The notes under the pieces are model-generated. The model did not search any database, was not told the origin of the DNA, and saw only the letters and a program-made list of their open reading frames with translations. The translations under genes were made by a program, and so were the position numbers. A DNA stretch of 61,359 bases, the filler included. It is 5 parts of 5 records of this genome, joined end to end, with 100 filler letters (N's around TTAATTAATTAA, not from the genome) between each part and the next. Parts side by side here need not be neighbours in the genome. Positions count along the whole stretch, not along the records: positions 1 to 14,022 come from SRR31156797_22758; positions 14,123 to 22,983 come from SRR31156797_22764; 3 more parts are not named here. One strand, written 5' to 3'. Numbering within the stretch: position 1 is the first letter of the stretch; each line of letters starts with the position of its first letter. This document shows positions 9,810-20,290 of the stretch, piece after piece.

Positions 9810-12800
9810 TTAGTGGAACAGGTTTCTCCAGGATAGTTTACTGCTTTTGATGATGCCGGGGTGTGATTGCTTAATCTTTTTGATCTCTCCGGGGCTGGTC
9901 TGCACAAGCGCTTCCGAACCCTCCTCGCGGCCTGTGTGAAGGTTCGGGGTTAAAGAGTAACCGCTTCCTAACTCCACCTTTTCCGGCAGCGGGGCTGTTG
10001 GCTCGCCGTTGTCCGGAACGATAACCATTTTGTGGTAGGCGGTACCGGTTTTATAGTAGAGTGCGTAGAAATAGCTTTCTCCTTCGGAGGCGCATACGTC
10101 GTTGTCCGGCAGATAGGTGGTGAAACTGACAATGTCACCCAGGACCGCCGCCTGGCCGAGGTTTCTTTCCCCGTTGTTTTCGAAATTGATATACCATCCG
10201 TCATAGTGGGTGTCCGAATCGTTCGTCAGATCATCGGCAATCATGAGTTCGATATCTTCAAAGCCGATATCGGAGCCGGGATCCTCCTGGTCGGTCACTG
10301 CCGGGGTTGAAAAGGTGATGGTGTCGTTATCAAATATCTTGATTTTTGTAACATTCATCAGGCTGGACTCCTTGGGGGATACTGTCGCCCAGGTTCGCGT
10401 TCCGGCGGAGTTGACGGGTTCCTTGATGCCGTAAAATGAATTCTGAAGGTCAAAATAGGGCGATTGTTTGTCCAGGACGCCCCAGTAACGGCCCGTTCCA
10501 AAATAGACCCAGAACCGGTTGTCATCATCAATGGTCACCGATACCGGAGAGGTGATGTGCTGGCTGTCGCCCGGCTGGGAGTTGGGATTGAAAAAGGTTG
10601 TCAATTTCCAGGCCGACGGATTCTCATCCTCGTATGTCACGATTCGGAAGACTTTTCCGTCGGTTTTTCCGAACTCGCCGTCCGAAGGAATGTAAATGAC
10701 CTCTCCCGCCCAGTATGTTCCCAATATCCCCTGGGTTGTGACAAGATCAAAGTCCACGGCAACGGGATCCGTCATAAAGGAGTTGTCGTCAAGACCGTCG
10801 GCCTTGGAAAACGTTTTTTCCACCGCCCCTGTTTCCGCATTGAGGATATAAATCCGCCCCTCCTTGCTGCTGCCGCCGTAGACCGGGGTTGTAATGTCTT
10901 TCACCGCCTGGAAGTTGTCCGGACCGGATCCGATGACGATAAACCATTTTGATCCCACCCGGATGGGGGTTGGATAGGATGTGGTGAATCCAAGGCCCGG
11001 ATCGGTGAATGTCCAGAGAAGTTCGGGCTCAATTTCCGGATTGGTGATATCGATGGCAAAATAGGACGAGGCGAACTCAAGATCACAGACGCCGTCGTTG
11101 TCCGTATCAACGGCGATGGGGGCGCCGCCCAGCCGCATTCCGCCGATGAGGACCGTTCCCCAGCCTCCCGGGTGGTCCTTGTCCGGGGTAAATATCCTTG
11201 CGTCAAATATCCTTGGTTTCAGATCCACGTAATAGACATGGACATTGTCGCTCAAGGGTTCTTTGAGCCACCTGAGATGGGGGAGCAAGGCATTGGGAAC
11301 ATAGGCCCACAATTCTGAACCCAGATCAAATTTATAACTTGTGTCGGTGGTGCTCTCGGTCCAGGAAGAGGTCGCTTCATTGTAAGTCGCGCTCGGGTCT
11401 TTGATCCACTTGGCCCCGGTGGTGCTCCAGATGGCGGGTGCATTAGAATTGGTGTCCGGGTCCCAGATCGAAGGCTGTCTGGCTAATTTGTGTTTTTCGA
11501 TGTCATAAAAACCGCCGTTGAATGCGTGGAGCATGCCGTCATTGGCCCCGGCATAGACAACGATCCTGCGATTCAGGTATTGTTTCCTGAATTGGCGGTA
11601 GGATTCGTCCCTATAGATCAGGTCATAATTTTCCGCGGGGCTTGAAACCACCGTGGGGGTCGAGTGGACGATATCCCCGAGCCTGAAAACGGTATCATCG
11701 AAGCCGTCACCCGTGGTATCAAGGGTCCGGTCCCGATAGGGCCTGTTGGTTCCGGTTTCAAGAAGCCCTTCCTCTCCCCGGATATACCGGATGATTTTCT
11801 GGGCCTCTGAAATCATTTCCGGTTCGGTAAGACCGATTTCAGGGGTTGAGCTGTTGTCGTCATGATCGTAGGTGAGACCGGGATTGAGAAAGAAATAGTT
11901 GTCATTGGCGGTATCATCCACAAAATCTACGGTAAAGGGCATTTGGCCGGAATGGTTCACATTTGATTTGTCCACACTGGAGGAGGTGTCGATGTAGTCG
12001 GTGAATATGAACCTTTTTTGGGAGTTCTGGTCATACACCCTCTGGCTGGTCACATCCAGGGCGGGATCCGAAAGCCATGAGAGCACGTCCCAGACGTAAC
12101 CGATTTGGTGCAGTTCGATTTCATCCACAAAGGTAAGAAATTTTTCCATTTCATCCCCCCCAGGAACAACACCGTTGGGCGGCGGCGTGAAATCATACCG
12201 GTTTGCCTTTCCCGGGCTGCCGTCAAACCGGATGATCAGGTCGTTGTCTTCATCCAGGGTGAAATCGTGGTTCGTATCCTCATGCATGTTTCCGTAATCA
12301 TCCACAAAAAGCGTATGGACATTTCCATACCATTTCACGGTTTGCCCCGTAAGGGGCTCCGCGATGGATTCCGTAAAGAACACCGCCTGGTAGATGGCTC
12401 CCTCTCCCCCCCGGGCGTTGGATATCACCGAGGCGGCGGTACCGGATGCCGTACGGCTCAGGATGTCGGCAATGGCCGTCATGATTTTTTCTTCCAGTTC
12501 GGCGCCGTTCTGGGCCTCGAAATAGGTGTCGGGAACGTTGTTGCCATCCTTGTCCCATTCCGGGTCCCCCACAAACGCGTCAGGGTCGGTTGAATGGGCG
12601 GTGCCGCCGGTATTGCCGTCTCCGTTGAGATCGACAAACCCGCCGGCCCTGGCCGCCTTCATCATCTGGCACCTGGCTTTTGTGGAATCATCAAAGCAGA
12701 ACACGGAATAGAGGGTGATTGTCTGGTCGATGATGTCAACGGCTTCACCCATGAGGGTGTCATCCCTGAGATCCTGGGTGTGCATGTTAAAAGCGATATC

Positions 12801-14022
12801 TTCAAGCAGGCCGCCGGTTTCACCGTTCATGACGTTGGTGTTTGCCCCGGCGGGCCAGGTGGCGTCGGGGCAGCCGCTGTTGTTGTTTCCCTCGCCGTCG
12901 GACAAAAAAATGATGAAGGATTTTGCGCAGGGCACAAATTCCGACTGATTATTGAAATAGTAGGGGTCCCAGGTGTTGTTGACCTCGAAATTAACGCTGT
13001 TGTTCGGTGGCGTGTCCGGTGAATCCTCAGGCCGGAATTCGGGTGTTTTTTGCTGGAAATATCTGACAGCTTCCCAAAGTACCTCTTCCAGGGGCGTCAT
13101 CATCTGGATATTCTGCTGGTTGATGTTATTTATAATCCGGGGCACCGGGTCGCCCCGGGGGTCCGCGGTCACGGACAGGTCTCCCACATAGTTCCTTACC
13201 CTGCCGCCGTCCGCATAGCGCCATCTAATGTCGGTGCTCCCGTCGCTGTCTATGTCCCAGGAGCCTGCAACGTTATTCCGTGTTTTGTCTTCCCCCGGTC
13301 CCTGGCCGTAGTTGAATTGCATATATCCGAACCTGACCCTGCCCATCATTTTCTGAATGATTCCCTGGACGGGAAGTTCCTCCGGCTCCACTTTGACAGC
13401 CACAATGTATCCCTTGCGGGGATGGTTCAGTTCTCCCAGGTTGAACCCGATGTCGGCCGCTGTCCGGGCCGGGGACCTGTTTTCCGGATCCGAAAGATAG
13501 TCGTCATAGTCGGGAACAGAGGCGCAGCTTGCGCCGGTCAGGTCGCCTTCACTGTCGAAGATGGCCGGAACCACGCTGAAAAAAGGGACAAAGCTGCCTG
13601 CGGGACCGCCTAAAGAATGATCCCCCCGGTCAACATTGTAGCCCATATAGGAATAAAAACCTTGATGAAAAGGGGTGTAATAGACATTCTTTGCATGGAT
13701 TCCGGTCAGGATGGATGGGGAATTGGGATCCGTGGCCGTCGTGTAGTCATTGTAGATGCGTCTGATATCCCGGTTGTCGGTGGGCATCCCCTCGAGCACG
13801 ATATCGGCCGGGTCTGGGGCGATTTTGCCGCCGGTCAACACTTTTTTGGCAACGTCGATACGGCGCATGGTGAACCAGTTGAGCCAGTTGCCTGAGAATT
13901 TCCTTACATTGGGATCACTTCCCGTGGAGCGTTCTAAGATGGCGGTGGAAGGGTCGTCAACCGTGTCCCCGTCCACATAAAAAAAGTGCCGGGTGTTATC
14001 GTATCTATAGCATTTGTTTGGA
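9810..14022 (-). CDS. pilY1: Second PilY1-family adhesin, 5'-truncated at the contig end
   Basis: RRIDVAKKVLTGG, TPLEEVLWEAVRYF, CAKSFIIFLSDG, LGDIVHSTP, YAGANDGMLHAFNGG, ELWAYVP, WVYFGTGR; the frame stays open to the gap. Confidence 0.9.
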
Positions 14023-14122
14023 NNNNNNNNNNNNNNNNNNNNNNNNNNNNNNNNNNNNNNNNNNNNTTAATTAATTAANNNNNNNNNNNNNNNNNNNNNN
14101 NNNNNNNNNNNNNNNNNNNNNN
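14023..14122. other. Artificial contig spacer
   Basis: N-run with central TTAATTAATTAA (stops in all frames); abrupt GC change across it. Confidence 0.98.
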
Positions 14123-14226
14123 TAAGCTCTTGTTTTATTGCATTTTCAATACGCATAACGAATCTTTTACATAATCCGGGTTAAATCAGATTACTACGTT
14201 TAGCAAGCTGATTTAATATGTAAATT

Positions 14227-15954
14227 TTACTCAAACTCAACTTCCACTAACATATTACAAGATACAGGATTTCCTCTCTGCTCACCGGGTTTCCAATGAT
14301 CCAGTTTAGATACAATGTCAACCGCAGTCTGGCTTTCCTTTGTATTGGTTTTTTCCAATGATCTTACATTTTGTAATTTACCATTCTCATCAACTGTAAA
14401 AGCTACTTTTACCGATCCTTTTAAATTGTTTTTTTCGCTTTTGTATTGCGCCATGGAATATAATTGTTGCCAGTAGATTTCTATTCCACCAACATATTTA
14501 GGTAAATCTTCAACTATAAAAAATATAGGTTCATCATCATCACCTTTTGATGCAGGCGGTGGTGGAGGAGGAGGTACTACCTTGTCTGCTTTTTTAGTTT
14601 TTACTTTTTCGACAGGAGGAGGTGGTGGAGGAGGCGGAAGAATTTTACCTTTAAACTGGGCACGGTATTTACCCGGATCAATTAATAGGGTAGCTTTTTT
14701 CATAATGACATTTACTTTTTCATCATTGGATACTAAAACCTCTTGTGTTTCATATCCTACATGAGAAAAAACCAGCTTGTCACCTTTGTTTACATCAATT
14801 TCAAATTTTCCTTTGTCATCTACCAATGTTGCCTTGGTAATACCTCCATGCTCTTTAGAAATTGCAACGACAGTAGTTTTGTATAAAGTACCTATGACAA
14901 TTAATTTGTCATAATCGCCTGTTTCCTTATTCAACACCATTAAGGTATCTGTAACATTTACATTTCCTTTAATATGATATGTTTCTGCATCTTTTTTTTG
15001 CATCCCATTTTCGGGGCTGTAAGTTGTTTCGGTATTATCCAAAGTACCGTTCGCTGGTGGTTCCTGAACATATACAGGATTTTTAAATGCCCATAAAAAT
15101 GCACTTATCAAGGGCAGAAGGAGCAGCAATTTGAGGTGTCCCCATTTGCTTCTTTTTACTTTTTTCATCATTTTTAATCGCTTTTTAGTTCGGGAGTCAC
15201 GGAAGTAATTAGCTAGCACGATTGCTTCCGCTCCCATTGTTTCACAAATAATCGACCTTATATAAGGTTTTATCTTAATTCCAGAATTCAATACGCCTTG
15301 GTCTGCAATAAATTCCAGATTTTGTTTTATTAAGCGGTTGATATACCAGGTAAAGGGATTAAACCAGAATAGTATGGAGATAATCTCACTTAGGAGCATA
15401 TCAATCCAATGGTTTTGTTTTAAATGAATTCTTTCGTGAACCAGCACTTCATGTTTGCCATCTTCTAAATATGAATGGTTACCCACAAAAATTTTATTTC
15501 CTAATGTAAATGGAGATTTTACAGATGAGTGAATACAAATAACAGCACCTTTCCAATTTATTTTTTCTGATGATGTATACTTTTTATAAATGGAGAGTAG
15601 TTGAAATATTAAGCGGGCACTTAGTAGCGCTATACCGATAAAATAAATGGTTTGGAGTATAAAAAACCAATTGATTTTTTTTATTGAATTAGCGGTTGTT
15701 GTCGCCTCAGTATTAAAGTTATCCTCTATACTTACCTGTTTAAAAAGTTCGTTGGTTTCTATGGTGTTGGATACCGGAATAATTACTTTGTAACTTATTT
15801 CTAAAAGAGGAAGAAGTACAATTGATGCGATTCCAAACAAAAAGAAATAGCGGATCACATTGTAGTTATTATCGTTTCTGTAAACCATCAGGTAAAAACA
15901 AAGGATGACTACAGATATAATCAGTGAGCGAAAAATGTAGGATTCAAGATTCAT
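14227..15954 (-). CDS. BlaR1/MecR1-type M56 peptidase fused to a carboxypeptidase-regulatory-like beta domain and a TonB C-terminal domain
   Basis: TM helices, HERIH (HExxH), WFNPF, EFIAD; GKFEI...LVFSHVGYETQEV; two poly-Pro linkers; VAFTVDENG...WKPGEQRGNPV. Confidence 0.88.
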   Translation of the reverse strand: MNLESYIFRSLIISVVILCFYLMVYRNDNNYNVIRYFFLFGIASIVLLPLLEISYKVIIPVSNTIETNELFKQVSIEDNFNTEATTTANSIKKINWFFILQTIYFIGIALLSARLIFQLLSIYKKYTSSEKINWKGAVICIHSSVKSPFTLGNKIFVGNHSYLEDGKHEVLVHERIHLKQNHWIDMLLSEIISILFWFNPFTWYINRLIKQNLEFIADQGVLNSGIKIKPYIRSIICETMGAEAIVLANYFRDSRTKKRLKMMKKVKRSKWGHLKLLLLLPLISAFLWAFKNPVYVQEPPANGTLDNTETTYSPENGMQKKDAETYHIKGNVNVTDTLMVLNKETGDYDKLIVIGTLYKTTVVAISKEHGGITKATLVDDKGKFEIDVNKGDKLVFSHVGYETQEVLVSNDEKVNVIMKKATLLIDPGKYRAQFKGKILPPPPPPPPVEKVKTKKADKVVPPPPPPPASKGDDDEPIFFIVEDLPKYVGGIEIYWQQLYSMAQYKSEKNNLKGSVKVAFTVDENGKLQNVRSLEKTNTKESQTAVDIVSKLDHWKPGEQRGNPVSCNMLVEVEFE

Positions 15955-15984
15955 TTTAAGGGTGTTTTAATGATTGCCTCGGTG

Positions 15985-16350
15985 TTATTGATTATCATCG
16001 TTATCCGATGCTTTGAGCAGATCTTCCAAATCTTCCAGACTCATGTCGTTATCTTTGGCAAAAAAAGTAGCCAATCTGGCAAAACTCCCGCCAAAATAGT
16101 TTTTCAATAAGTACTTAACCTGGTAAGAGGAATATTCCTCTTTTGATATCAGCGGAAAATACACATAGGTATTACCCACGGCTTTGTGATCTACAAATTC
16201 TTTACTTTTTAAAACTTTTAGAACGGTAGCCACCGTGTTGTATGCCGGCTTTTTGTTTTTAAATCCGGCCACCACTTCTTTGATAATGGCTTCCTCTTTT
16301 TGCCATAAAATATGCATTACTTCTTCTTCGGCTTTTGTCAGTTGCTTCAT
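15985..16350 (-). CDS. BlaI/MecI/CopY family repressor
   Basis: LTKAEEEVMHILW, PAYNTVATVLKVL, YFPLISKEEY, YFGGS; likely ATG at 16350. Confidence 0.93.
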   Translation of the reverse strand: MKQLTKAEEEVMHILWQKEEAIIKEVVAGFKNKKPAYNTVATVLKVLKSKEFVDHKAVGNTYVYFPLISKEEYSSYQVKYLLKNYFGGSFARLATFFAKDNDMSLEDLEDLLKASDNDDNQ

Positions 16351-16486
16351 CTGCTTGTAATTGTTTTTATTTGTCAGATGGAACTCGCCCAAATAAATTA
16401 TTCTCTTGTTTGAGAACTTTTTCTTTTGGCTCGTTTCATGCCTTTATATTATTTACTACTTCATTCTATTATTAAAAACATAGTAC

Positions 16487-16535
16487 TACAAATGTAATAC
16501 TATAAAAATAGTATCAAAACTATTTTTATAGTATT
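16487..16535 (-). promoter_or_regulatory. Bacteroidota-type promoter overlapped by a putative BlaI operator
   Basis: Minus-strand TACATTTG (TAnnTTTG -7 box) with TTTG 18 nt upstream; perfect 17-bp inverted repeat AATACTATAAAAATAGT (16496-16512) / ACTATTTTTATAGTATT (16519-16535); TACAAATGTA palindrome at 16487-16496. Confidence 0.7.
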
Positions 16536-16664
16536 TTTCTAATATCTTTTATGTGAGTTTCATATGTAAAAGGTTTTTTGGGGATTAAAATGTTAGAATT
16601 TCATTAACATCCATATCCTTTTATTTGTATTATCTTCATCCTTTTAAACTAAAAGGTTAATTAG

Positions 16665-17474
16665 ATGCAATTATATATTGATCCAACCGGAGGAATAGCT
16701 GGGGATATGTTTGCTGCAGCATTAATATCAGCTGGGGCAGATGAATCAAAAATGATATATGCTTTAACTACTGCAGGTAATGCTATTGGTCAATCTCAAA
16801 TAACTACAGAAACAACACATGATGGAGCCACGCGTTTAAAGATGCATATTCATCATAACCATGGTCATTTAGGCGCATCAAAAGCCCGAAGACTCATTCA
16901 TGAATTATGTGCGGAGTTAGAAATTGAAGAAGAATATGCAGAATTTGCCAATAGAGCACTGGAAGTATTGATTGCTGCAGAGAAACAGGCGCATGAAGAA
17001 AATACCTTTTTAACGGATCACCATCATCACAGTCACGATCATCATGATCATGAACACCACCATCATGCTCATGACCATCATCACCATCATGAGCATGAAG
17101 AAGCCTGGTTGCACGAAGCGCAGGATATTATTATCGATATAATTGGTGCAGCATATGGTTTGCAATTACTGGCAGCACCAACTACAGCTACTTTAATTAA
17201 GCCGGTTTCATTGGGTGGGGGAAGAATTAAATTTTCGCACGGAGAAATGCCAGTGCCTGCACCGGCAACAAAAATAATCATGGATAAATATGAGATATGC
17301 CATCAGATGGGTCCCTTAAGTATAGAACTCTGCACACCTACCGGTTCTTCTATATTGGCAGCCCTGGGCGTAAAAGAGTGTGTCGATGTTCACGTAAATG
17401 GAGTTTCTTTTGTAGGTAAATCCAGAGGAGGAAAAGATTTGGATATTCCGCCTTTAACCATTTATCTCAAGTAA
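16665..17474 (+). CDS. larC: LarC-family nickel insertion protein, N-terminal (LarC1) part only, with His-rich insert
   Basis: GIAGDMFAAAL, long His tract, LHEAQDIIIDIIG, HGEMPVPAPAT, ELCTPTG; ends before the LarC C-terminal domain. Confidence 0.8.
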   Translation: MQLYIDPTGGIAGDMFAAALISAGADESKMIYALTTAGNAIGQSQITTETTHDGATRLKMHIHHNHGHLGASKARRLIHELCAELEIEEEYAEFANRALEVLIAAEKQAHEENTFLTDHHHHSHDHHDHEHHHHAHDHHHHHEHEEAWLHEAQDIIIDIIGAAYGLQLLAAPTTATLIKPVSLGGGRIKFSHGEMPVPAPATKIIMDKYEICHQMGPLSIELCTPTGSSILAALGVKECVDVHVNGVSFVGKSRGGKDLDIPPLTIYLK

Positions 17475-17528
17475 TTTTTGAACTATAGCTAATACATCTT
17501 GTTCATTTTTTAAACTTAATAAGTAACA

Positions 17529-18125
17529 ATGAAAGATTTTTGGGACGAACGTTTTGCGTCGGAGGAATACCTGTATGGAGAATTGCCTAATGTGCAATTT
17601 AAAAGGTTTATCGATGAGAACAAACCGGGAAAAATATTATTGCCAGGTGAAGGAGAAGGACGTAATGCAGTTTATGCAAGTCAACAAGGATGGCAGGTGT
17701 GGGCTATTGATCAAAGTGATGAGGGCAAAAAGAAGGCTGAGAAACTAGCACATAATCATAAAGTTGATATCAATTATATTACTGGAGATTTGTTGAAAGC
17801 GCCATTTGATGCAGACAGTTTTGATGCGGTGGCACTGGTGTTTTTTCACTTACCTCCACCAATCAGATTGAGCATACATGCACATCTTTATCATTTGCTG
17901 AATAAATCGGGCAAAATGTTTATTACGGGTTTTTCAAAAGAGCAGTTAAAGTATCAAAGTGGAGGGCCAAAGGATATAGAAATGTTATACACGCCGGAAA
18001 TATTAGCTGAAGATTTTTCTCAGATGAAAATCGTTAAAAACATCCGGTTTAATGAACATTTAAATGAAGGTGTTGGTCATCAGGGAATGGCTTCTTTAAT
18101 AGAATTCGAAGCCTTAAAGTCTTAA
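17529..18125 (+). CDS. Class I SAM-dependent methyltransferase
   Basis: WDERF...YLYG..PN, ILLPGEGEGRNAVY, SGGP motif. Confidence 0.88.
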   Translation: MKDFWDERFASEEYLYGELPNVQFKRFIDENKPGKILLPGEGEGRNAVYASQQGWQVWAIDQSDEGKKKAEKLAHNHKVDINYITGDLLKAPFDADSFDAVALVFFHLPPPIRLSIHAHLYHLLNKSGKMFITGFSKEQLKYQSGGPKDIEMLYTPEILAEDFSQMKIVKNIRFNEHLNEGVGHQGMASLIEFEALKS

Positions 18126-18287
18126 TTAATTTTTGCCAATTAAAAGTGGTTCGGCAATTAAAGGATGTCCTGGATTAGATAAAATAACTCGTTCCAGAAT
18201 TTCATGCAATTCTTCATCATCAAAAATCGGCATCCAATCACTGTTGGTAAACTCGTAATCTGTATTTCCGTTTTTTATTTCTTTCAT
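18126..18287 (-). CDS. Putative 53-aa small protein (not in the ORF track)
   Basis: MKEIKNGNTDYEFTNSDWMPIFDDEELHEILERVILSNPGHPLIAEPLLIGKN*; its stop abuts the convergent gene's stop and it fills the intergenic space. Confidence 0.45.
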   Translation of the reverse strand: MKEIKNGNTDYEFTNSDWMPIFDDEELHEILERVILSNPGHPLIAEPLLIGKN

Positions 18288-18341
18288 CACAAATAAATTT
18301 ATTCTCCCACAAATACTATCGATCTCACAAATTCAACGACT

Positions 18342-18959
18342 ATGCCAAAAACAATTTTTCCAGAATTAAATCATCGGTTTAAACAACAACTCGATTTTAT
18401 AATTGAAATTGACCGTCTCAAAAAAGTTGTACGTCAAACCTTGTTAATGGATTCATCAAAACAGGAGAATGATGCAGAGCATTCGTGGCATATGGCATTA
18501 TCTATCTTGTTATTAGAAGAATATGCAATCTTAAAAAATGTTAATTTATTAAAGTCGGTGAAAATGGCATTGATTCATGACATTGTAGAAATTGATGCCG
18601 GAGATACTTTTGCATACGATGAAAAGGCGCACCATGATAAGACGGAAAGAGAAATGAAAGCTGCAGATCGTATTTTTGGTTTGCTGCCCGAGGATCAATA
18701 TCTGAGCTATAAAAATTTATGGTTGGAGTTTGAAGAAGGTAAAACTCCTGAAGCTGCATTTGCAGGAGCTATAGATAAATTTATGCCAATTCTGCATAAT
18801 TATATCACAGAAGGAAAACAATGGAAGAAGCATAAAGTAACAGCAGAAATGGTACTAAAAAGAAATGCACCTATAAAAAATGGATCGGTGGTTTTATGGA
18901 GTATAGTTGAAAATTTGGTTGATGATGCTGTTGTAAAAGGATATCTGCATAGGGAATAA
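18342..18959 (+). CDS. HD-domain hydrolase (HDDC2/YGK1-like 5'-deoxynucleotidase type)
   Basis: EIDRLK.V.RQT, ENDAEHSWH, HDIVEIDAGDT, W.EFE...TPEA.FA.AID. Confidence 0.88.
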   Translation: MPKTIFPELNHRFKQQLDFIIEIDRLKKVVRQTLLMDSSKQENDAEHSWHMALSILLLEEYAILKNVNLLKSVKMALIHDIVEIDAGDTFAYDEKAHHDKTEREMKAADRIFGLLPEDQYLSYKNLWLEFEEGKTPEAAFAGAIDKFMPILHNYITEGKQWKKHKVTAEMVLKRNAPIKNGSVVLWSIVENLVDDAVVKGYLHRE

Positions 18960-19071
18960 AATGGATTTTAAGTATTACACCCTTAATCTGGTAAGCTAAA
19001 ACAAATTATAAATAATAAAATTAACTTTTGCCATAAGTATAGATTATGGTATTTTTGAACAAAATGTAAAA

Positions 19072-19404
19072 ATGGAGAATAAGGATAATAGATGGGAAGA
19101 GCTGTTGCTTAAAGTGAGTAAGCAATTTAATGTATTGGCAGATTTTGATTTTTTACTTTTTTTAGTCGGTATACAAGAAAAAGGTTCTGGCTTTATTAAA
19201 TACTCCAAGGAGGAAAAAATGGATTTAATCAATTTGGCAAGATGTATTTTATTTGAGAAAACCGGTTATTATAAAAAAGAAGGAGAAGATGAAGCTGGCT
19301 GGCCTGAGTTTGCCGTAGTTAAAGATGTTAAAAAGCTGTTGCCATCAGAGAGGGAAGCTATTTTAAAGGAGGCTATGATGTCCTACTTAGAAGATAAATT
19401 ATAA
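19072..19404 (+). CDS. Conserved-looking hypothetical protein
   Basis: LFLVGIQE.G....YSKEEKMDL, GYY...G.DE.GWP pattern; co-oriented with the downstream operon. Confidence 0.75.
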   Translation: MENKDNRWEELLLKVSKQFNVLADFDFLLFLVGIQEKGSGFIKYSKEEKMDLINLARCILFEKTGYYKKEGEDEAGWPEFAVVKDVKKLLPSEREAILKEAMMSYLEDKL

Positions 19405-19419
19405 TAAAAACATAAACCT

Positions 19420-20286
19420 ATGAAGAATTTGGTTTTTCTGTGCAGCATTATTTTGTTGCTTGGATTTACAGCATGTTCGCAAGATGTTACAGAACCCATT
19501 GTTTTAATTAAAACCAATGTGGGTGATATTAAGCTTAAGCTATATAACGAAACACCTGCACATCGCGATAATTTTATAAAGCTGGCTAAAGAAGGATATT
19601 TGGATAGTACTATTTTTCATAGGGTGATTAAGGATTTTATGATTCAGGGTGGTGACCCGAACTCCAAAAATGCTAAACGAGGAGAAGTTCTGGGAGAAGG
19701 TGGTCCTGATTATACTTTGCCGGCAGAATTTCATTATCCTCAGTATTTTCATAAAAAGGGCGCTTTGGCTGCTGCGAGACAATCGGATGCTGTAAATCCT
19801 GAAAAGCGATCCTCTGGTTCTCAGTTTTATATAGTGCAGGGAGAGCTGATTGAAGATTCGGAGCTTAATAAAATTGAACACCAAATGCGTGAAATGAAGC
19901 GAAGGGAAATTTTTAATGAGTTGCTTTTGCAATATGAAGATTCCCTAAATATGTTGCAAAAATCTGGTGATCGAAATAAAATGATGGCTATGCAGCAAAG
20001 TATTATGCAGGAAGTGAATAAAAAATATGGAGAGAATCCAGAGTTTAATATCCCTGATGAAGTAAAGGAAGTATACAAAACTGTTGGAGGAACTCCTCAT
20101 TTAGACGGAAGTTATACTGTTTTTGGAGAAGTAATTGAAGATAAAAATATCATTGAAAAGATAAAATCCTGGTTTGGTAAAAAGTATGGATTTGAGGTAA
20201 TTGACATCATTGCTAATGAAGAAAAAGATGCCAGAAACAGACCGTTCAAGGATATTCGTATGGAAGTAAAAGTGATTAAGGAGTAG
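19420..20286 (+). CDS. Cyclophilin-type peptidyl-prolyl isomerase, lipoprotein, with helical insert
   Basis: Lipobox FTAC; TPAHRDNF, FHRVIKDFMIQGGD, SGSQFYIVQG, PHLDGSYTVFGEV. Confidence 0.92.
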   Translation: MKNLVFLCSIILLLGFTACSQDVTEPIVLIKTNVGDIKLKLYNETPAHRDNFIKLAKEGYLDSTIFHRVIKDFMIQGGDPNSKNAKRGEVLGEGGPDYTLPAEFHYPQYFHKKGALAAARQSDAVNPEKRSSGSQFYIVQGELIEDSELNKIEHQMREMKRREIFNELLLQYEDSLNMLQKSGDRNKMMAMQQSIMQEVNKKYGENPEFNIPDEVKEVYKTVGGTPHLDGSYTVFGEVIEDKNIIEKIKSWFGKKYGFEVIDIIANEEKDARNRPFKDIRMEVKVIKE

Positions 20287-20290
20287 GTGT

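Noticed and set aside
17017-17100. CAT/CAC-rich tandem repeat
   Set aside because: It simply encodes the LarC His tract.
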